Below, piece by piece: positions 1-13,109 of a stretch of 64,000 nucleotides of DNA. Under the pieces are notes generated by a model. The model saw only the letters and a program-made list of their open reading frames with translations. It was not told the DNA's origin and made no database searches. Position 1 is the stretch's first letter; every line of letters starts with the position of its first letter. The stretch comes from Balanoglossus misakiensis (taxonomy: Eukaryota > Animalia > Hemichordata): contig CM082588.2 of the NCBI GenBank assembly GCA_040954595.2, forward strand, positions 2,392,144 to 2,456,143. Reading direction: 5' to 3'. Made by a program: the position numbers and the translations under genes.

Positions 1-1011
1 ACATGATGTCTGCCTCCCTAAACTGTCTGGGACTTCAACTATCCAAACAAATAAATAGACGTGCAATTACAAGTAATCATTCAATAAAATTAATGGGCTC
101 AATTATACCCCACTTAGTGTCGGGTCATGTCAGGCAATAATGCTATAGCTACAGAACAAAGTCGTCAATCACTACGAATTTTTTTGTGTCGCCTTCTATG
201 AGCACCGCTATTCAAAATCCCTTACAAGCGTCAGACTTTAACAGAATCAAGAATTTCTGCTGGACCGATATGAGGTCGGTTCGCAGCAGGAAAGAAGGTT
301 GGGGTGGACAATGCAAGCACAAGATAACCATCACTGTGACGTGTTCTGAGGTCACGCTGCGTGAAAGCGCCCTTGGCGATCTGAGAAAAACCGGAATTAA
401 TCGATGAAGTCTGCAGCATGTAAAATAAACTGTTTATGCAGTTTCGCCCAGGGGAAGACGATCGAATTCGTTCTGTGTGTATAAATAGTCAAGAAGCCGT
501 ACAATGTTTATCATCCCTGGGCCAAGTGCAGGCTATCATCAGAGATGAATGTCAGTCGTGATATTCAGTTGTTAAAAGATGTAGACTATTATTTCAAGTG
601 TTTGTTTCAACAACAGAGACATGACTTTGCCATGTAGTTTCTCGGGGGGGGGGGCAGACTTTTCATATCCGATTATGCATGCCAAGAACTGCGGCATCTT
701 TCCTTTAAGATTGAGTTAGCCCTTGACATCTGTACTTGTCAAACTTGGCAACGGAAATACCATACACCAGTGATGCGAAAAATAGCTGAAGGCCGAACAA
801 CTAACATTCTGCATGCCGGTGTTAATTTTGAGAACGTGAAAAATCTTCGGGACCTGCAAGGACGCGTTTGTTCACAGCAGATATTTTGATTCTATGTAGT
901 GAGACTTTGAACAGTGTCATGTAAATTAACAGCTGCCATGCATATTTAACGAATTTATGCAATTATCACTGCACCGTTGATTAAACGCATTTCGGTTTTG
1001 ATTTCTTGCAG

Positions 1012-4000
1012 AAGGGACTCTGCATATCCAGGGGCACTGCCGACGTGTTGAATCTCAACTGTGCCGTGGTCTTGTTGCCCATGTGCAGAACACTTCTAAC
1101 CTGTTTGAGGAGGTCGCGCAAGGCAAGTACACTGTTTGGACAGGATCTGAAAACATTTCGACCAATTAATTAAACGATTCAGAACTACAAGTGTTGACAT
1201 AAGCGTTTTGTCAGACGCCCCATAAGTACATTTGTTTTTTCAATGTATGGTTACATTGACGACCTGAGGAATATTATATGTGCTTGTAAGACACACACCC
1301 TTTTGCAGTTGGACAGAAACACATTGCAGGCAGGGCCATCTCGTGTCCGGTTACCGCTGTAAACCTTTAATGAATGTCTGTTACAAGGTCCCAGTTGTGC
1401 GAAGGCGGGCGTTTGCTGATCCGGAAGGGGAGAGGTCGGTAAAGTTCGCTCAGGACACGGTCGGATATTTCCCGTGTGTCTGTTCATGTAATGGGATCGA
1501 AGGCATAGATACGAATAGAACTCAAAGCTTGAAACATCTAATGTCATCCATTGACACCCAGACAGGTGTAACACCGGCCTTGCAAATCCTGGCAGCGAAC
1601 AAGCTGCCAAGAGAAGAAAGGCATTTCGTCTCCTCTCACCAGCAACTTTTTTATGGATAATATAAATCATTTAAACATCTGCACGGGCCTATAGGGGAAA
1701 GCTACTGTACAGCCGAGTTAAAATCTATGGGGACCTAACTGTAAAGCAAACTCAACTGAAAACGCCACCATTCGGAAACTCCCCGAAATGAAAAATTTGA
1801 AACACATTTCATTCACGATGTGTGTATATTGGAATGGTTACTTCACACAGAGTACTGTGGTGACCGGTCAAAGTTCATGCCAGTTCAGGAATTGCTGGCA
1901 TTGCTGCGATAAAATGTTCTAGCTAAGTAGCGTAAATGATGATTTCATGATTGTAAGCAGCGATATTTCAAATGACAGGTTTTATCAAGAGAGATTAATA
2001 TTCCGAATGCTTGACATTTCCGAGGAAATCACTTTACGAACTCTTTTATTAGGTGGGTGTCGAGTCGAAAGTTGCCATAACGCTTTGAAAATCACTGTGA
2101 CCTGTGTCAGGTCATACGGTTAAAGATAAGCGCATTTCATCAAAGCCGGCGACAACGTTATCGACGCCATGTTTTAATTACGAACACAATGCCTTGTACG
2201 TGATATATAGTCACAGTCGGCCCGATGAAGAAGGCGGTTTGGTACAAGACTGTCGTTTTGTGGCTCTAACTGACCGCGTACAACAACTGCAATATACAGA
2301 GCCTGTGACAGATAAACTGAAGTATTAACGATAGTTTTTGTGCGTATAGAGAACGGAAGTACAGGTAGTCTAGAGAACAGTACTATGGGAAGTAGCCTTC
2401 ACCCTGAACCGACGATTTATTTTGACCTTCGCGTAGCAGATTGAAACAACAAACACTGGTGATGCAAGATAGCTTATTTACGTAGCACTTCTCGGAATAT
2501 TTTATGGGTGCAGGATTACACGGCACGGCAAAATGAATAGCATACTTGTTCGCATTTTATGTGCCATCTGGTCGATTCAAGGTTCTGTCGCGCGCGTGAA
2601 TTTCTGCCGTCAGCGATGTATTTAATCCCACCTCGGAGATGTTTTGACAGCGCGGCAAAAGTCAAGGCGAGAAGGCGACTAAAACTGTTGGAGGCATGCC
2701 GGCAATGCGGTCTCTATAAACACATTGACTGCCACATTACCGAGGCCAGATAAGAGATTGACACCATTAACATCGTATTGGGCAATGTTGGGGTAAATTG
2801 TGGCGTGCAATTGCCCGCTCCTCCGTTGTGTGGGAATCGGGGAAAATTTATCGCGCAAATTAAGCCTGGAATGTCGTGAATGAAACCGGCAGAAGTATTC
2901 TCCCAGGGAGAAAGCAGGCCGCTCAGACACTTCTATTTTTCTCTGACCTTGTGCCGACCCCGTCTAAGCTCAGTGGACTTATACTTATTGATGAATTTAA
3001 TACGAAAACTGAGAGTTATGTTTTCAGAATATTCATAGATATATTCGGTTATGTCACTTGTCTGGTCTTAATATTTTCGAACTTGATTTATTTTCCCAGG
3101 TAGCCAGACGACGCGTTAGAAAATACATCGACCAAGCCAAACAAATACACGTGGTTTGTGCAATCCTTTTATGCCTCGCTGCTGGTAAGTAAACTGTTCG
3201 TGCATTATAGTGGACAGGTGAAACTAGAGTAACCTTTTCCTACAGTCCTCAAACTAAGTGAGAGGTTAAGTTGTCTCCGCCCAACCCCAAAAGTAACAAA
3301 ATGTTAATGGTGACCCTTTCTTCTTTTTATCCACCAGCAATTCATACAGGTGCTCACATTGTAAATGTCACAAACTCATCGCGAAACTACAATAAAGATT
3401 TTCCAGAAGTAAATGTAGCAAGCTGTCCGTTCGAGGTAGGTTTTCATTACAGTGAGGTTGAGGGCGCCACTTCATGCGGCACAGGATCCACTGAGAGAAG
3501 TCCACGGAAAAGACTATCATGATGTAATTATGTAAAACTTGATTGTTTTTTATTGCTTACATCTAATTCTTTTCATTGCAGAATCCGATAAAGGTATTAT
3601 TTTGCTCTGGTAAGTTGGAATGTGATTTTTTTCTGACAGAAACGTGCAGTAGTAAAAGTTTGGGTCGGGGGTAAACAGAATTAAACTCTGGTGAGCAAAA
3701 TTTCCTAAAACCATGATTAAGATGTTTTCTTCTGTTTTCTCTGCAGTTGCTGGTACTACAGGCTTTCTTATGATGATAATTCTCTGTGTTATTTTCACTT
3801 CATCAACAAGGGCGGTCAGGTAGGCACCGTAGTGTGATCCAATGCCATTAAATTGTCGTTTATGGTAAAGTTAAAAAATACACGGAAAGCCTTACTACTA
3901 ACTCAGTAAAGGTGTAGCATGTTCTTGGGCGAACAACAAATCTTTCAATCTGTACATTCTATAAATAAGCTATACTAGGAATTTCCATCCTTCCTTCTAG

Positions 4001-7000
4001 GACTGCCAGCTATGAAGTCTTTTGGTACATCCATCATTTATTTATTATATTTTATATACTACTATTGTTCCACGCTTCAAGGTAAGTTTATCAAATTTGT
4101 ATATTTGCCTAACTAATGGGGTAAAATCTGTTGAAAGTTGACAAGCAGAATGTACAGTCGCTGTACTGGTTCCTATTTACAAATTATAACGACCCTTTTT
4201 CGTTCATACAGTGGCATTTTAAAAATGCAACGGAATGTCCAGCTACACATACCCGGATGTTTAATGGCTAACAAATCTGAAATAATGACTTACGCAGAGA
4301 ATTCCTACCAAATGAACATTGCCCCAGTCACGTGTGAATCTCTTCCTGATTTCCATCGTATTAAACAAGAGGTAAGCAAGATCACTTTTTTTGTTAAATA
4401 GACACATTTTCTTATCAATCAAGTTGACCCGAGCGATTTCACGAAAAGTGCATGTTGTCAGGCGAGCGAATTTGTTCAGGTGTTACGCCAGGATTACAAC
4501 CTCGAGTACCAAGGTAAATTTGCTTTCTGCAATACAAATATCAAATGAATAGCGATACCAATATCGAATGAATAGCGGAATTTGTTAAGGTATAGTATAC
4601 GCTTTGGATCGAAAACTGGGGTGGTGGTAGTGGTGGTGGTGGTGGTGGTGATGATGATCATAAAATAATAGTGGTGCCCAAAAGTTATTTTATGCTGCTT
4701 TACTCAAACACTTATTACATAAACGAAAGAGAATGCATACTTTCTCCTAAACAACGACTTTCTTCTTTGCTCAAGACCTGGATGTGGGTTGTTTTCCCCT
4801 TAACTTTCTACTTCTTGGAGAGGATAGTGCGGTTTTTCAGAAGTCGACACCAAGAAGCCGTTATAGAAGACGTCATTCGCCACCCTTGTGACGTCATTGA
4901 ATTGCGATTTACGAAAAGAGATTTTCCGGGGCAACCAGGACAGGTAAAATATAGTCAGCTTGACATTTTACAGGATTACACGACCACACAATTTTTTCTG
5001 TATTAAACATCCCTTTGCTACTATTGAATTAAGCATGTATTTTGAACTTTTATTTTCTTCCAGTATGTTATGATAAATATTCCAAGTATATCCACCATGC
5101 AGTGGCACCCATTTACTTTAACAATCGTAAGTAAATCAAACATCATTGATTCAGTTTGCAAGACCGCTTTACCTCCCATTTGTTATCATTGTGTATTAAT
5201 TTTATATCACGTATAATATGTCACCGTGTTCTAGAGATTCGAACCAGAAACTGGGCTTGATACATTGAATAAAAATACTCAGTCTGAAACAAATATCCTA
5301 GCTGAAACGCTCAGCAAATTGAGCGTTAGTGTTTTCCTGCCATCTTGCTCAAAATGCATTGCTGCCATAAATTAAAATCTCGGGGTCATTTCAGTTATCT
5401 AGTCAAGTACCATAGGCTTAACGATGTTTATCATGTCATTATATTTCATCCTGACTAGAGTATGGAAACAAATTTGACGGCACAATAACGAGTTTCCTGC
5501 GCTGCCGCACAGCAACATGATACTAAGCTGATTTTCGATTTTGGTAACCCGATTTACTTTTCCGTTCTAATAACAATAGCAGCCAAACACGCAAGTGACG
5601 TCATTCAGCATCCACATCCGGGTTTTAGGCGATTGGACAGGTACATATGTTTTTAATTTTCCTCGCACACACGACACAGCCTTGTATATTGGCCACTTTT
5701 GAATGGCCCTCTTCCAAAGCCTTACTCGAGATTTCTTCAGCATAAAGACATTGCTTCTGGTTTGCTAAACAAATTCACAGGATTTAAATCAATATCACGA
5801 TTTCCAACTCGAATTGTCTACTGATCACCGATTGATTTGGTGAATGGAATCAGATACAGCTTGCGCAGATCGCCATAGAATGCGACTGGGGTGCGAGTAA
5901 ATCTTTGATCCTGGCAACAACAGCTTGCAGGAGATTAATTATTTCGTGGCCTCTTTACCGGTCAATGAAATGGGCGTAGTTGAAATCCAGACCTGTGAAT
6001 CTTTGCGCACAAATGATGCCAAGTGTCAAATTGGACGCCATACTGGATGTTTTATGTGAATTGATATAGATGCTCGGGTCACCTAATGTTAAAACCTGTC
6101 CAAACTCAAAGACCACACGAATGCCTATGATTCCAAGTTTCTATTTTTCTATTTTTCAGTTCAGCTACAAGAACTATTCGACTCGATCGGTGAATCAACA
6201 CAAGATAATGTCAAAAAGAGAACGACACGAAAATATCCAAAGTAAGTCTGTCTCTATATATACACACACGTGTGTGAAGACAATGCCTTGCAATTGACCT
6301 TCACGAAATCTGAATGTCAAATGCCCTTTTCGATGTGAGGCATTGTTCTCCAGCTGACACGCAACGAACACATGACATATTTAACATAAATCAAATTAGG
6401 CATGAACATTTTTCTCGCCCTAAATGTCATGCCTATCCATTATCCGACAATCGCTGAAATCCAGGATTTTAAAAATCTAAATGACGTGTACGTACAAAAC
6501 ACTGCAGGACAGTGGGAATTTCATGAAACATGAAATGATGTCTGTTATTAGAAAAGAGTGAGTAGTCATGCCCACCACCTGTGAAACATCTAACCATTGT
6601 TAACACATGTACATGTATGTGCTTTTTGAATGACAGGATGTACATCGATGGACCGTTTGGAAGTCCCAGTCAAGATATCTTTGAATTTGGGGTCAGCGTC
6701 TGCATTGCTGGGGGTGTTGGCGTTACACCATTTGCTGCCGTTTTGAACAAACTCAGGTGAATAAACACATTTTCATCTTCTATCCAGGGTTCACACACGT
6801 TAGCAAAAGATGGATGTCGTCCCGTCTGCGGCTGCGTGGCTTACATACATATGATTAATTTCAAACCGAAGGACAGTATCTCATAATTTATGGTAAATCG
6901 ACGTATTAAATTTCGCACATCGTTCGAAGCTTCAAGTGTATGTGTATGGCACGAGTGCTATTAAGCTCTATATCAATAACTCATGGGGAATATGAACGAC

Positions 7001-7743
7001 GGGGAACTTGCTACGATTTATGACATATACTTATTTGCCTATTGCAGGTATAATATGAATAACACCAAAAGACTTCGCCGTGTTTACTTTATATGGATAT
7101 GTCGAGACATCGCCTGCTTCCAGTGGTTTTCCGACCTCATTGTTGAACTCCACACGAAGGTACGACAATCTGCAATATCACTGACATTCTTGTTCTCTTT
7201 AAGAAGTATGGCAAGCTTGTTCATACAATCCACTGAATTAAACTAATGGAATCCGACCATTCTGCCAACAGCTCTGGCAGGCCAATAAACCAGATTTCTT
7301 CAACGTGGAACTTTACTGTACACAAGAAAACATCAGCGAAGAGAACTTAGTTCCATACACTGAATACCCATTCCATAGGATAACTGCCGGGAGGCCGAGA
7401 TGGAAAGCCGTTTTCAAGGAGATTGCAAAGTTTCACCAGAGGTACAAGATCATTTAACTACCATGTATGCAGGATTGGTTCTATCCTGGTCCAGTCAACA
7501 TATATTGTGATTCTTGTAACACGTACTATCACATTGGAAGTTGGCCCTGTCGACATTGTGAATCAAAACACGACAGAAACATGCATGTCAGTCGAAGAAT
7601 GATTGGTTGTGTTTCTTTCCAGGTCAGAGGTCGGTGTATTCGTGTGTGGTCCCAAGAGCTTATCCAGATCTGTGCACAAGCGTTGTAACCAGCGGAATAA
7701 GTACAATACACGATTTGTTTACCACAAGGAAAGTTTCTGTTAA
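1012..7743 (+). CDS. NOX4: NADPH oxidase 4 ortholog, 15 coding exons in the window; the N-terminal exon(s) were not found and probably lie upstream
   Basis: Hand-spliced exons: 1012-1122 ([29 protein letters not shown]), 3100-3184, 3338-3435, 3582-3609, 3747-3819, 4001-4081 (FWYIHHLF), 4212-4371, 4776-4943, 5064-5126 ([11 protein letters not shown]), 5580-5640 (HIRVLGDWT), 6160-6241, 6637-6756 ([22 protein letters not shown]), 7048-7159, 7272-7441 (GRPRW), 7623-7743 (VFVCGP...KESFC*). They splice in frame. The sequence closely follows human NOX4 as recalled ([28 protein letters not shown]). Confidence 0.93.
4618..4658. repeat. (GGT)n(GAT)n microsatellite in a NOX4 intron
   Basis: ggggtggtggtagtggtggtggtggtggtggtgatgatgat read directly. 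Confidence 0.8.
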
Positions 7744-10700
7744 AAGAAAACGACGTTGAGAAACTTCTGACATGTTTGCCGAGGAGTACCAGAACTATTT
7801 GCATATTTACAAGATGGCGTCCGCAACAACCAAAAGACGGACATGAAAGTCACGTGATAAACAAGTGTTGCCATATGAGACTAACTTTTTGTATACAAGT
7901 TTTTCACTACGTTCTGAAATAGTAAGATATAGTATTCAAATCTCTATGAACATTTTAAAAACTACACTGTATCTGAAGGTGACAACCTGTTTCCTAACGC
8001 TTGCCCGGACATATACCTCAAAATGTGGACGACTTTTGGCCGCCATAAACCTCCAAAGTATGTGTGTTATTTAAATATTATAAATCAGTGTCATGTATCA
8101 TGCAGGCCATTGGCACAGCAGTTTTACAAGAAAAGAATTTCCATAAAAAACGTTCGACCAAAGAAAACACTTTATGTGTTGAAAGTTATGGCAGGAGTTG
8201 TTTAGTCAAATATTGTATTAAATGTGACTGCCTCTTAAGTTTATTGATAAAATGTACAGCTTAAATACTTTAGTAGTGTTCACCACATATTTCATCCCAA
8301 ACCTCTATTTTACTGAAATATATTTGATAGGTAGCTCTTAAACATTGTGTTTTTAGAATAAATGTGTAACTAATGGTTTAATTGTACTGAATATCTTTTC
8401 TTATTTTAAAGTTTTTCATTTTCCTATGAAATGTTTAATGTTATTTGAGTACTGTTTTAAATAAAATATATTATGCAATTTCTCAAACTAATGAGTCATT
8501 TTCGGGTATAGATGGCGCAAATTTACAACGTATATTGTTTCCATTCTAAAATTTAAGTTTATATTGGCAGTAAATCTAAATCGGATAGTAATCACACTGT
8601 AATAACCAGTTTAATATCGCTGGAAAAATAATAAACCTCCTCACTGAAGCTGAACAATCATTGCGATCGAGATAGTTTCATTTCAGAGCACCATAGATAT
8701 TTATTGTATGGCCATATTAATTGCAGTGCCTGGTTGCTGTTAAATGACGTCACCACAGTTTAATGCCTTCGCTGTTTATCATGGATTGCGCAAACGCAAG
8801 GGGGAAAACACTAGGTACATCTGTGCGATGGTCAGCAAACAAGGTGCTTCAAAAAGTACACACAAAAGCACAAGTACAGTTCAAATAAAGGCCACATCAG
8901 CACTAGATACTCACTGATGTTGAACGTCTCTTTGAAAATGCGGTGCAGTGGACAGATTGCAGGGAGGAGGGGAGGGTCGCAGTGGAATGCCAACAGCTGC
9001 CGCCAATTTCTGTTTTCTGCGACGGTGGGCTCGTCTGCAATTTCAATTGAAGCGTTTAATATGCAGCTGTGCAGACGACAGAATACGTCTATCCAAACAA
9101 AGGTATCTATGCAACAGAACTGTTACTGATCTCTTGAGCTTCTGTCATAATTGCTATATGTCTCATTTCCTTGGTGGTACTTCTCTCTTCAATGATACAA
9201 GCACCAAAGCAACACACAGTACCGCAGATTGAGAGCCCGACTGGGACCGTATACCAAGGAACACATAAAAGACTGCACCAAATGTGACCGTCTGATAGCA
9301 GAATTAAATTACTGTCCTATGGATTATTTCAGCTCACGATCGTGATGACAGTGTAGAGAAATGGATTAGGATTTGAGGAGGCACAGCCACTGAAACAACT
9401 AAACAACACGTAGCCCACATAGTTATGATTATGTCATACATGGTGCTGTGCATATAAAAATTGTACTCGAAAAAAAATTCATTTTGAACAATCCCCGATA
9501 AACCTCATCACTTAGTACAGGATGCCAGAACAACATAAACACTACATTAAGTAAAACCAAAAGAAACGAAATTATGTGAAAAGTGAGCGACTTTGTCATA
9601 TGAGGCCTAAGGCCCAATCAGCCCTGATTTAGGCATTTCCCTGTAACACGACAAAGGAATCCAATGACCTTAAATACGTCCAAGCTAACGACCGGGTTGT
9701 TTTTCTCGCCAAACCGAGTAGTTGTTTACTACCGGTTCGGGCAGTGACTCATACGGTGATTTCAGCCTCACAAACAACACCCAGTACCATCTGATTTAAT
9801 GCAGTGTAACGCCCCGGCAGATGCAAGCTGTCACACCGCTAGCAACATGGGTCAGCCAACCTTTGGATGTCGACAACCGTATAAATTGTATCAATCATTT
9901 GAGGTTTATTTAATTAGCCACACCATCCATAACCTTGGGGATGAAGTGAATGCAGTTTCTGGGATACTAGTATTATTCTGTCACCTTAATAGTTTATCGA
10001 AGAATCGCTTTTAGAGATTGATTCGTACCAACAAAAGTACGAAGATGTCAGCTCATGCAGAGGATCATGAAATGGTCGTTAAATGGCCTATAATGATACT
10101 GCATTACATTCTACAAGCAATACATCATGGTTTAGACTAAGTGACTGAGAAGATTTTCCAGGTATTCTGTTCAATATTTTCTGCATATGGACTTTGAAAT
10201 AAAGTACTGATAATAATTTAGAATAACAATAAAATGCCGTCTCTATTCTGGTTTAATCGATGCTCGCCAAAATCAACATATAAAATTATACGATCACAGT
10301 TTGATTTATTTTCAAACTTGAAATAAATTCCTGATACGGTTTTACTGGAATTTGATTATGGGGGCGACAGCCTGCGAGTGCGGAGTGCGCATGGATAATT
10401 CAAGATACAGAGTGAAATGGCGAGACATCTATGAACGAACTCTACTTCCTGTTTGATGCGCGCACTACAATACATACTACACACATCTAGTTCGATGGGT
10501 TTGATGACGCTGACTACGCTCGCTGCTGCTCGGAATAGGTATCTACTTTACCAGGGTCTTCCACGGTGGACCTCCTGTTCTCTTGCACAGAAATGCATGC
10601 ACCTACAGCGGATGTTGTCGTTTCAGCTTTAACCTAAATCATGAGTGTGCTTGTTGCGGTCGATAAATCATGCTATGTGTACAATGTGGAGCGACAATAT

Positions 10701-13109
10701 AGCATAGTTAGGCTACATTTCGCATGCACTGTTCTTCTATGGAGTTATAAAATGTAAAAAAAAAATGGCGACCTTGCGTGCGATGGAATTTGTATGGATC
10801 TGGAAAAATGCTAAAGCTAAAATACCTGTGAGCAATAAATGCTTTCGTCGACGGGGATTAAACCACGTAATCTACTTGGGGTTGTGCATATGATGAGTAT
10901 ATTATCCACCAATAATGTTGGTTCAGCTGTGACTGAGACATAATGGCGTCTTCGACTCAATCAATTCATACATAAATATTATCCATCAATGTAACTTTCT
11001 ATGAAACTCTCAAACTGTTTCTGTCACAAAAGCGTTGAACTATTGCTCAAGGCAATGTATTTGTTAATTGAAAGCTAGTTCTATGGTGTCACAGAACCTG
11101 GTTCACAGCTGTTTCATCCCTTTTTGTGTCATGTGACCTGGAAACTCGCTACATACTACGTAGTGTCTTTCTTAGTTGGTACATACGTTGAGACGTAAAT
11201 GGTCATGGATGTACGCCTATCTATGAGTTGTATCATTAGGTTCGCTCAACTTGACATTTTTCAACAGTCTTTGAGACGTTGGATAAAATTACAGCACGCC
11301 AACCAAAATACACCACAATGAAAAAATTAACGAAATATAAACGTTAACTATGTTTAAAAGTTTTATTTCCCGCAAACATTCAGAACTCGCAGATGTGGTA
11401 AAATACATTCTCAATTTGATTTAATTTAAAATTATCAATATTATCTTTGTTAATGATTATCGAAAATATCATATGTACAATTTTTGAGTTTTGGACCCTA
11501 CAACGTTTCCAAATTTGGTTGAAGTACATTTGGTTCTGATCTAGAGGAAATGTGTAGTACATTTTTTTTAATCGGGCAAGAGGTCAAAGGGGAGTTGACA
11601 CTTTTTATTCAGAGCTCTGAACACCATATACCATAATGGAGAGGTCGGGATGATTTATCCACGCCGATGCCGAATCTGATGTTACGTCGACCAGATGACA
11701 CGGTTACAAATCCCCAGGGATGGCGAAAAATTCAATACGTGTCCACACTCACAAGAGAAGCCGCCATCCCAAATTGTCTTTTTGGTTACAATAATCTACC
11801 TCATGCATTTTATCAATTTTTCTTGCAGCAGATTAATTGATAAAAATAATGGTACTGGCACTATGAAATAAACAACAGGCTGAGAACGTTAACTGGTGCG
11901 ATAACAGGGCCTGCAAATCCCTGCTTTGAAGCATTGAGTGCGTACGATGCGTATTGACTGTTCGGAATATAGGCTTGATTATTGACAATGTCATATACAC
12001 CCGTGTGCTCAGTGAAGTCATGACTACGAAGCGGGGATTATATTTAAATGTATCACGCTTGTTTACGAATCGTTCCACGTCAGAGCTCCCGGGTTCGAGA
12101 GAGCCAGCATCTACCCAGGCACGATCTCACCAACCAGGAGCATTTGCAGTCACCCCCTGTTAATACTGAGCCTCAAAATGGGGGATGCAACACCCGTGTG
12201 AGTGTGTTGTCACTTGGTTTCACTGGAATCAATTTATATGACGTTTTGGGACAAAATGCTAACATTGCAGTGTAATACATCTTGAAATTCAAACTCGAAC
12301 CAGAAAGCATGATCATAAAGACGAGAAGCATTACTGTGCCTTTGTGCCAAACATCCATGGACAATCCGCACGCCACCAATTCTATACACACGTTTATAGT
12401 ATTGAAATAGTTTTGTGCGCCTAAAATTAACATTTCACTAAAAAAATCAGTAATCGTTTTGTTGTCACAGCGATAAAAATAACCACTGTCTCGCACATTA
12501 GTTCAATAATGTGTCGATCTCGTATCACAGCGGTGCCTAGCTCAGCTTGTCGATGACAGATTTATTGTCTAAATACAAGCCTCACAATAGCATAGTGATT
12601 TATAGTTAAACAATCTCTTTGCCGTAAAGGGATGAACGTTAACGTTGTATGCTTAAGCTCACTATTGAGGTTCCTATGGTCGGCATTTCCACTTGCAAAA
12701 ATGTACAGTTTTTATTCCATCTGTATAATGTTTTTCGGAGATTTAACGCTCGGTTATGGCAATGTCGTCACCCGAATTTTGCGTTTGGATTTTGTGCAAC
12801 TCTGAATGAAATAAATGGAAGAGAATGCCATTTAAAGTGTGGTTAGTTTTACTGAGACACGGGGAGATAAAATTTCCGTAATTTTATAGCTACTCGTCTT
12901 TTATGCTTATGTACAGACGGGATTTTGTAGATGTTCTGGACAATGGCGACGGCATCAGATGTCACCAAAAGAGTAGTCTGCATTTGTTGTATGTAAATGA
13001 CTATGTGTGTGGTTTGTGAGTGGTAGCCTCCTGTTGCACGGTCAGTCGGGTACAATCAGGTAAAATGCGTTTCGGGGAATTCACTTTACCCAGCAACAAC
13101 CGTAGCATA

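Noticed and set aside
478-637. TATA-like tataaata followed by a short ATG ORF as a possible NOX4 start
   Set aside because: The translation does not resemble the NOX4 first TM segment and stops without a usable donor; the true first exons are probably upstream of the window
1251-1670. Overlapping 139-aa and 126-aa ORFs inside the NOX4 intron
   Set aside because: No recognisable domain or splice context; consistent with chance ORFs
5236-5246. Reverse-strand B-box-like GGTTCGAATC
   Set aside because: No A box or cloverleaf; cannot support a tRNA or SINE
9600-12550. Probable interspersed repeat fragments between NOX4 and SGNH paralog 1
   Set aside because: No TIRs, TSDs or transposase/RT coding sequence could be delimited by eye; needs RepeatMasker
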